From: an uncultured Gemmatimonadota bacterium | GTDB taxonomy: Bacteria; SM23-81 | DNA: 14,795 nt | Reading direction: 5' to 3' | NCBI GenBank assembly: GCA_964584035.1 | Contig: CAZOYL010000015.1 | Coordinates: forward strand, 1 to 14,795 | Part shown: positions 1 through 6,454 of the stretch, piece after piece | How the letters are laid out: each line of letters begins with the position of its first letter | Numbering within the stretch: position 1 is the stretch's first letter | Position numbers and translations under genes: made by a program | The notes under the pieces: generated by a model | Told to the model about the DNA's origin: nothing | Database searches by the model: none | The model's input: only the letters and a program-made list of their open reading frames with translations

Positions 1-54
1 ATAATGCCGGCGGCAATAAGAGATAATTTTTGTGACCGACCAGGAGCCCGCCCG

Positions 55-576
55 TTGTCCCCGACGGACGGCATAATCATCGCCCGGCTTAAAGACGACG
101 CGCTGGCCCGGGCCTGCGCCCGCCTGATGGTCACCTCCGAGCCGTGGATCACCTTGCGCCGGGAGGAGGCCGGTGCGATGCGGAACCTGCGCCATCCCGC
201 GGTCGAGGTTTATGTGGCCGAAGAGGATGACACGGTCATCGGGTTCATCGTGCTGACCATGCAGGGCCCCTTCCGGGGCTACATCGCCACGGTCGGCGTG
301 GTGCCGCAGCGGCGGGGACAGGGGCTGGGCTCCAGGCTGGTTCGCTTCGCCGAGGAGCGCATCTTCCGCGATGTGCCCAACGTGTTCCTGTGCGTCTCCT
401 CCTTCAACACACGGGCTCAGAAACTCTACCGCCGGCTGGGATACGAGCGGGTCGGCGAGCTGCGGGATTTTATCGTGCCCGGACATTCGGAGATCCTGAT
501 GCGCAAGTCGATCGCGCCGCTGACCGAGTTCCGCTTCCCGGCGGACGATGCCCGCACCCACGAAAAAACGAGGTGA
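55..576 (+). CDS. GNAT-family N-acetyltransferase
   Basis: ORF 4..576 carries the acetyl-CoA-binding motif A (VVPQRRGQGLGSRL) and a C-terminal N-x-x-A-x-x-L-Y-x-x-L-G-Y motif (FNTRAQKLYRRLGY). I prefer the in-frame TTG at 55 as start because AGGAG (42-46) lies 8 nt upstream; ATG at 4 is the alternative. Confidence 0.88.
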   Translation: MSPTDGIIIARLKDDALARACARLMVTSEPWITLRREEAGAMRNLRHPAVEVYVAEEDDTVIGFIVLTMQGPFRGYIATVGVVPQRRGQGLGSRLVRFAEERIFRDVPNVFLCVSSFNTRAQKLYRRLGYERVGELRDFIVPGHSEILMRKSIAPLTEFRFPADDARTHEKTR

Positions 577-583
577 CCTCGTC

Positions 584-1348
584 ATGATCGATATTCGTTT
601 CGTTTGGCCGGAAACCCCGGAGATTCGCCGGTCGATGGCCCGCCACCGGTTTTCGGCCGGCGCGGCGGCGGCCGTTGTAATTCTATTCATCTGCTGTCTT
701 CTGACGGCCTGCGGCACTCATGAGTCGACTCCAAAGGAAGTTCCAGCCACCAAACAGGAGGCTGTCCCTCAGGAGCGGATCGATCCCGGCGGACGCTACC
801 TGTTCTATCTCCACGGCCAGATCGTCGAGGACCAGGGGCCGCGGCCGGAACATCCCCAACTGGGGATATACGAGTACCAGGCCATCCGCGACACGCTGGC
901 CGCTCTCGGGTTCAGCGTCATCAGCGAGGCCCGGCCGGCCGGCACCGATGTGTGGACCTACGCCCGGAAGGTCAGGGGCCAGGTCGAGCAGCTCCTGGCC
1001 GGCGGGGTGCCACCGGAACGGATCACCGTGGCCGGCCACTCCAAGGGCGGGGCCATCGCTATTTTGACCTCATCGCTTTTACAGAACGACCGCATCAACT
1101 ACGTCTTCCTGGCCTGTTGCGGCGACTGGATGATCGCCAATCCGCGCATCGACCTGCGCGGCCGGATCCTGTCCATCTATGATGTCGGCGACACGTTCGC
1201 CTTCCCCTGCCAGCGGGCCTTTCAGCATACCGATCACCCGCTGGATGCCCGCGAGATCCAGATCGACACCGGCTGGGGACACGGGGCCTTCTACCGGCCG
1301 ATGGCGGAGTGGCTGGAACCGATGGTGGCGTGGGTGGAGGAGCGGTAA
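584..1348 (+). CDS. Alpha/beta-hydrolase-fold protein, probable lipoprotein
   Basis: Nucleophile elbow G-H-S-K-G, oxyanion-region YLHG, candidate Asp (SIYDVGD) and His (GWGHGAFY). A hydrophobic N-terminal stretch ends in the lipobox L-T-A-C (701-712). The start is uncertain: ATG 584 follows GAGGTG (570-575), while ATG 635 gives a more typical signal-peptide length. Confidence 0.78.
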   Translation: MIDIRFVWPETPEIRRSMARHRFSAGAAAAVVILFICCLLTACGTHESTPKEVPATKQEAVPQERIDPGGRYLFYLHGQIVEDQGPRPEHPQLGIYEYQAIRDTLAALGFSVISEARPAGTDVWTYARKVRGQVEQLLAGGVPPERITVAGHSKGGAIAILTSSLLQNDRINYVFLACCGDWMIANPRIDLRGRILSIYDVGDTFAFPCQRAFQHTDHPLDAREIQIDTGWGHGAFYRPMAEWLEPMVAWVEER

Positions 1349-1358
1349 ACGACCGTTC

Positions 1359-1387
1359 TTGCATTTTCTTTTTGGAAACATTATCTT
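1359..1387 (+). promoter_or_regulatory. Putative sigma70-type promoter for the nuclease/ATPase/nadE operon
   Basis: TTGCAT (1359-1364), a 17-nt spacer and TATCTT (1382-1387) sit in an AT-rich intergenic gap, ending 38 nt before ATG 1426. Confidence 0.55.
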
Positions 1388-1425
1388 CTCTGCGGTTTGA
1401 ATTCCCTCAGCGAAAAGAGAAAGAG

Positions 1426-2499
1426 ATGAAATTCATCCACGCCTCCGACCTGCACCTTCGGGCCGCTGACGCCGAAGACCAGCTGCACACCCTGCGGGCC
1501 ATCGTCGAGCGGGCCCGGGAGCGCGACGCCGACTTCATCCTGATGGCCGGCGATCTGTTCGACAGCGACCACGACGCCAATCTGCTGCGTCCCCAGGTCC
1601 GGCAGATCCTCGAGGAATGGTCCCGGCCCACGGTGCTGCTCCCCGGCAATCACGATGCCAGAAGTTACGGTCCCACAGCCGATTTTGGACCTCAAGCGAT
1701 GCCGGCCCAGGAAGATGTGGAGCTGTTCGATGATCTCGGCGAGCTGCCCCTGGTCTGTCTGCCGTACCGGCCCGAAAAGGGATTCGCCGACAGCCGCGCG
1801 GCCCTGGACCGGCTGAAGAGGCCGTTGGTAGTCGCCTGCCACGGGACCCTCTATCTTCGCCAGTGGCTGGGCTGGCTGCGGGAGGAGAAGGCGGATGTAG
1901 GCGATTACTTCCCCGTCTACCCGGAGGATCTCAGGGAACTGCCCATCCGTTACCTGGCCATGGGACACTTTCATCGCCGTTTTTACCACACCACCTCGCC
2001 GGTGCTGTGCTGTTACCCGGGCTCGGCCTATCCGCTGACCGTCAGAGAAACCGGCGTCCGCTCGGTGGCCCTGGTGCAGCTGCAGGACGAGACCTCGGGA
2101 CAGGTCGAGGCGATCCCCCTGGAGGGAACCGCCTGGTACCAAAGCATCGCGCTGCGCTGCCTGCCCCGGCGGGAGGAGAGCCTGTTCGCCGAGCTGGATC
2201 AGGCTCTGTCGGGCCTGGCGCCCGGCGCCCGGCCGGTGGTCAGCGTGACCGGCTATGCCCGGAACGAAAAAGGCATCCGCGAACGCCTGGAAAAACGGCT
2301 CCAGCCCCTGGGAGGTCCCAAACCCAGGGTGGAGCTGTTCGATTACGGAGACCTGTTGGAAAACACCTTCTATCGCCTGTTTGTGGACAATCTCCAGGAG
2401 GGAGCCGATGACGGCTCGCCGGAACCGGATGCAATATCGGAGAAGGCCCTGGAGATCGTCACCCTGGGATTCTCCCGCCTGCAAAAGGGACGGAAATGA
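1426..2499 (+). CDS. Mre11/SbcD-family metallophosphoesterase DNA repair nuclease (YhaO-like)
   Basis: All five calcineurin-like phosphoesterase motifs are present: SDLH, GDLFD, PGNHD, CHG and GHFH, plus YPGS. Start moved from 1309 to ATG 1426 (MKFIHASDLH), because motif I normally sits at the extreme N-terminus. The stop overlaps the next start (ATGA, 2496-2499). Confidence 0.92.
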   Translation: MKFIHASDLHLRAADAEDQLHTLRAIVERARERDADFILMAGDLFDSDHDANLLRPQVRQILEEWSRPTVLLPGNHDARSYGPTADFGPQAMPAQEDVELFDDLGELPLVCLPYRPEKGFADSRAALDRLKRPLVVACHGTLYLRQWLGWLREEKADVGDYFPVYPEDLRELPIRYLAMGHFHRRFYHTTSPVLCCYPGSAYPLTVRETGVRSVALVQLQDETSGQVEAIPLEGTAWYQSIALRCLPRREESLFAELDQALSGLAPGARPVVSVTGYARNEKGIRERLEKRLQPLGGPKPRVELFDYGDLLENTFYRLFVDNLQEGADDGSPEPDAISEKALEIVTLGFSRLQKGRK

Positions 2500-4769
2500 G
2501 ACTGAAAAGCCTTTTCATGGGCCATTTCGGCCTCTTCCAGGGCCGCCTGATCGGTTTCGGTCCGGCCTTCAACCTCATCTTCGGCCCCAACGAATCGGGC
2601 AAGACCACCCTGGTGGACGCCATCGTGGTCGGCCTGCTGGCCCGGACCCAGAGGAAGGGCGGCAGCCTGAAGAGCATTCCGCGGGCGCTGGGGCATCTCA
2701 AGGACCGCTACGGCTCGGATATCTCCCTGCAGATGATCGTCGAGCACGACGGCCAGGACGTGGAATTCCCGTCCCCGGAAAATTTTCAGGACCGCTGGGA
2801 TTTGAGCTGGGATGAGCTGAGAGCCATCTTCATCGCCCGCGAGGGAGAGCTCGAGCTGGCCACCGGCAGCTCGCGAGAGTTTCGCAACTGGTGGGAGTCC
2901 CTCAAGGGCAAGCTGCTGGGCTTCGAGGAGGAGCCCCGAAAGGTGCTCAGCAAGATCGCCGCCGAGGCTAATCTGACCGATAATCTGGGGCTCACCGTGA
3001 TGCAGAAATCCAAGCGGGAGGAGATCCGGGAAAAGCTGGACTGGTTCTCCCAAAATGAGGAGCGGATCCTGTCGCTCAGGGAGCTGGAGCGGGAGTACCG
3101 GAATTTGGGAGCGAAGGAGAAGCGGCTGGCCGGTCAGGTAGAGGCGGCCGAGCGAGGACTGCAGAAAAGCAAGCTGCTCCGGGCCGACCAGATCCATGAT
3201 CAGATGAAAAAAGCCCAGGGACGGCTCAACGACGAGTACGCCCGTTTCTCCGAAAAGGATGCCCGGGAATGGGAAAAACTGGCCCAGAATATGGAAAAGG
3301 AGGCCGCCCAGGTCCAGTGGCTGCGCCAGCAGCGGGAAAAGGAGGAAAGCAGACACCGCGAGACTATCGAACGGGCCGCCGAGCTGGCCCGAAGGATCAC
3401 CGCCCTGTCCCACAAGCTGCAGGCGGCGGCCGAAAAGCAGCAGGAGCTGGCCGAGATGGCCGTCATGGAGGGCAAATATTCGGGCGGCGGGATCCCTTTC
3501 TGGGCGCCGTGGGCTTCCTGGGCGGTGGCCTTTCTGGCCCTCATCCTGGGGGTCCACAACGACACCCTGGGCCTTCTGTTCATAGGCGTCGCCCTGGTGG
3601 GACTGGCCCTGCTGCTGACCTATTTTCTCCATCGCCAGTCGCGCCGGGCCGCCCAATTTGTTCGCCGCCGAGACGGTCTCATCCGCTGGGGCCGGGAGCT
3701 GGGGATGGACGCCGAAAATCTCCAGTCTCTGTTAAAACAGAAGATGGATCTCCAGCAGGAGCGGGACGAGCTGGAGGGTCAGCGAAAGGAACTGGAGGAC
3801 CGCCTGCCCAAGCTGACCAAGGCCATCGACGATCTCACTCGTCAGGAGAAGGCCCGCCTGGCCGAGGTCGACCGGGCCCGCCAGAAGATCGGCCATCTCC
3901 GGGACCGGGTCGGTCTGGCCGACCTGGAGGCCCTGGAAAACAAACTGAAGGCCAAAAATGAGCTCCTCGGCGACGTGGAGAAAAGATATAAAAGCAGCCT
4001 CAGAGAGCTGCTGGGCTCCGACGAGGGGGCCTGGTCCCGTGAGCTGGGAAAGCTGAAGACCATGGAGGAGATCGTCCCCACCGAGGATGGGTCCGCCGTC
4101 AGCAAGCTTCAGAATCAACTGGAGAACTGCCGCCGCCGTCAGCGGGACATCTATGAACAGCTCACCGGATTGACCGCCGAGCTCAAGGCTCAATTCGGCT
4201 GTCAGAAATTAGAGGAGGTCTTGTGGAAGGCGGAGGATCTCCGGAAGGAGCTGGAGGAGCTGGAGATCCTGGAGCGCGCCGGCCAGAGGGTACGGGAGAC
4301 CTTCGAGCGGGTGCTGCAACAATCAGACGCCGTTCTGGACGACATCGTCGGCGGTGAGGATGTCCGCCGGAGCTTCCAGAAGGTCACCGCCGGACGCTAC
4401 CGCTCGGTCGCCATGGACGACCTGAACCTGCGGGTAACCGACGATCAGAACCGCCGGTGGAACTTCTCCAGCCTCAGCTCCGGCACCCGCGATCAGCTGC
4501 TGACCGTTCTCCGCCTGGTTCTGGCGGAACGCCGACTGGGGGGCAAGGGTTTCCTGATTCTGGACGATCCCCTGGTGAACAGCGATCGCGTCCGGCTGGG
4601 GGAACAGATGGATCTGCTGGGCAAGCTGGCCCGGGACGGCTGGCAGATCCTCTATATGACCGCCCAGGATGAGGTCCGCGAGGAAGCCCGGCGGCTGGCC
4701 GAGGGCGGCGTCGATGTGCATTTGATCGATCTAAAAACCGTGGAGCCCGAGGACATACCGGACCTTTGA
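2496..4769 (+). CDS. Rad50/SbcC-like SMC-type ABC ATPase with long coiled coil and central transmembrane hairpin (YhaN/SbcE-like)
   Basis: Walker A GPNESGKT (2583-2606), signature LSSGT (4473-4487) and Walker B/D-loop FLILDDPLVNSD (from 4551). E/K/R/Q/L-rich coiled-coil arms flank two hydrophobic helices (3492-3629). Translationally coupled to the upstream Mre11-like gene. Confidence 0.9.
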   Translation: MRLKSLFMGHFGLFQGRLIGFGPAFNLIFGPNESGKTTLVDAIVVGLLARTQRKGGSLKSIPRALGHLKDRYGSDISLQMIVEHDGQDVEFPSPENFQDRWDLSWDELRAIFIAREGELELATGSSREFRNWWESLKGKLLGFEEEPRKVLSKIAAEANLTDNLGLTVMQKSKREEIREKLDWFSQNEERILSLRELEREYRNLGAKEKRLAGQVEAAERGLQKSKLLRADQIHDQMKKAQGRLNDEYARFSEKDAREWEKLAQNMEKEAAQVQWLRQQREKEESRHRETIERAAELARRITALSHKLQAAAEKQQELAEMAVMEGKYSGGGIPFWAPWASWAVAFLALILGVHNDTLGLLFIGVALVGLALLLTYFLHRQSRRAAQFVRRRDGLIRWGRELGMDAENLQSLLKQKMDLQQERDELEGQRKELEDRLPKLTKAIDDLTRQEKARLAEVDRARQKIGHLRDRVGLADLEALENKLKAKNELLGDVEKRYKSSLRELLGSDEGAWSRELGKLKTMEEIVPTEDGSAVSKLQNQLENCRRRQRDIYEQLTGLTAELKAQFGCQKLEEVLWKAEDLRKELEELEILERAGQRVRETFERVLQQSDAVLDDIVGGEDVRRSFQKVTAGRYRSVAMDDLNLRVTDDQNRRWNFSSLSSGTRDQLLTVLRLVLAERRLGGKGFLILDDPLVNSDRVRLGEQMDLLGKLARDGWQILYMTAQDEVREEARRLAEGGVDVHLIDLKTVEPEDIPDL

Positions 4770-4777
4770 TCATCTAT

Positions 4778-4784
4778 AGAGGAG
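4778..4784 (+). promoter_or_regulatory. Shine-Dalgarno sequence of nadE
   Basis: AGAGGAG lies 9 nt before ATG 4794. Confidence 0.7.
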
Positions 4785-4793
4785 CGGATAGAG

Positions 4794-6443
4794 ATGAAGG
4801 TGGCCATGGCTCAGATGAACCCCACCGTGGGCGATGTGACCGGTAATCTGGCCCTGGTGGAGGAGGCGCTTCGCCAGTGTGCCCCGCAGAAACCGGATCT
4901 GGTGGTCTTCCCGGAGCTTTTCCTGGTGGGCTACCCGCCTCGCGATCTGCTCGAGCGGGCAGATTTCGTGCAGCATTGCCAGGAGGCGGTCCAGCGCCTG
5001 CAGGAGATCTCCGGAGCCTACCGGGATACGGGTATCCTGGTAGGCACGGTCACGCCGACCCGGCGGGCGGCCGGAAACGGGCTCTACAACTCGGCGCTGC
5101 TCATTCACCAGGGGTCGGTCCTGTTCCGCCAGCACAAATCTCTGCTGCCGACCTACGACGTGTTCGACGAGAGCCGCTATTTCGATCCCGCCCCGGAGGT
5201 CGAGACGATGCCGTTCCGGGGCCAGGTGCTGGGCATCTCCATCTGCGAGGACGCCTGGAACGATCCGGAATTCTGGCCTCGCCGAGGTTATCCTGTGGAC
5301 CCGATCGAGACCCTGGCCCGACGGAAAGCCACGGTGCTGATTAACATCTCGGCCTCTCCCTTCTTCGTGGGAAAAGAGGAGGTCCGTTTTCGGCTGATCC
5401 GCAGCCATGCCAGAAAGCACGAGATGCCCTTCATTCTGGTCAACCAGGTGGGGGCCAACGACGAGCTCATCTTCGACGGCCGCAGCCTGTTTATGGACGC
5501 CCGCGGTGAAGCGGTGGAGGTCTTCCCCCCGTTCCGCGAGCACCTGGCCGTCATCGGCACCTCTGCCGCCGGCGATCCGCGGCAATACGTCCCCCAGGAC
5601 CGCATCGAATCGATCCATCAGGCCCTGGTCTTAGGCATCCGCGATTACGCCCGCAAGTGCGGCTTTACCAGGACCGCCCTGGGACTTTCCGGAGGCATCG
5701 ACTCCTCCCTGGTCTGCTGTCTGGCCGCGGAGGCCCTGGGGCCGGAGAATGTTCTGGGCGTGGCCATGCCCTCGCGCTATTCCTCACCGGCCAGCCTTGA
5801 TGATGCCCGCCATCTGGCCGAGAAGCTGTCGGTGAATTTCCGGGTCATTCCCATCGATGATCTGTTCACCGGCTATCTCGAAACCCTCAAAGAGGATTTC
5901 CAGGACACGCAGCCCGACGTGACCGAGGAGAACATCCAGGCCCGCATCCGGGGCAACATCCTCATGGCTCTGTCCAACAAGTTCGGCCATCTGATCCTGT
6001 CGCCGGGCAACAAGAGCGAGATGGCCGTGGGATACTGTACCCTGTATGGCGATATGAGCGGCGGGCTGAGCGTCCTCTCGGACGTGCCCAAGACCATGGT
6101 CTACCAGCTGGCTCGGCATATCAACCGGGATGGGAACGTCATCCCCGAGGAGATCCTCACCAAGGATCCCACCGCCGAGCTGAAGCCGAACCAGAAGGAC
6201 CGGGACACCCTGCCGCCCTACGAGGTCCTGGATGCCATTCTGCGCCTGTACGTGGATCAGGGGCGCCCGGTCAGGGACATCGTCGCTCAGGGATTCGACC
6301 CCGAGACCGTCGGCTGGGTCGTCCGGGCCGTGAACCGCAACGAGTACAAGCGCCGCCAGGCCGCCCCGGGTCTGAAGGTGACCTCCAAGGCCTTCGGCAT
6401 GGGCCGCCGCATGCCGATCGCGGCCAAGTATGAGCATCAGTAG
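4794..6443 (+). CDS. nadE: Glutamine-dependent NAD+ synthetase
   Basis: N-terminal nitrilase-like glutaminase domain with the E-K-C triad (FPEL, QHKSLLP, ICED) and NQVGANDELIFDG. C-terminal synthetase domain with the PP-loop GLSGGIDS, ENIQARIRG, GNKSE, GYCTLYGD and NEYKRRQA. Confidence 0.97.
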   Translation: MKVAMAQMNPTVGDVTGNLALVEEALRQCAPQKPDLVVFPELFLVGYPPRDLLERADFVQHCQEAVQRLQEISGAYRDTGILVGTVTPTRRAAGNGLYNSALLIHQGSVLFRQHKSLLPTYDVFDESRYFDPAPEVETMPFRGQVLGISICEDAWNDPEFWPRRGYPVDPIETLARRKATVLINISASPFFVGKEEVRFRLIRSHARKHEMPFILVNQVGANDELIFDGRSLFMDARGEAVEVFPPFREHLAVIGTSAAGDPRQYVPQDRIESIHQALVLGIRDYARKCGFTRTALGLSGGIDSSLVCCLAAEALGPENVLGVAMPSRYSSPASLDDARHLAEKLSVNFRVIPIDDLFTGYLETLKEDFQDTQPDVTEENIQARIRGNILMALSNKFGHLILSPGNKSEMAVGYCTLYGDMSGGLSVLSDVPKTMVYQLARHINRDGNVIPEEILTKDPTAELKPNQKDRDTLPPYEVLDAILRLYVDQGRPVRDIVAQGFDPETVGWVVRAVNRNEYKRRQAAPGLKVTSKAFGMGRRMPIAAKYEHQ

Positions 6444-6454
6444 AACGCCCCGTC

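Noticed and set aside
1309..1425. N-terminal extension of the nuclease ORF given by the track (similarly 11360..11416 for the peptidase)
   Set aside because: These extensions cross AT-rich promoter or hairpin sequence; motif position and Shine-Dalgarno placement support the downstream ATGs (1426 and 11359).
1381..2484. 367-aa minus-strand ORF opposite the Mre11-like gene (likewise 2370..3656, 4770..5618 and 5784..6632)
   Set aside because: Antisense shadows of well-supported genes, expected from GC-rich codon bias; no recognisable motifs.
1426..4769. Wadjet, Lamassu or other SMC-based defence system
   Set aside because: No kleisin, KITE, JetD-like or effector genes are adjacent; the two-gene Mre11 + Rad50-like layout fits SbcCD/YhaON-type systems.
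5991..6020. NadE motif reads LSPGNKSE rather than the more usual LxTGNKSE
   Set aside because: A single substitution with all other catalytic motifs intact; not enough to infer altered function.
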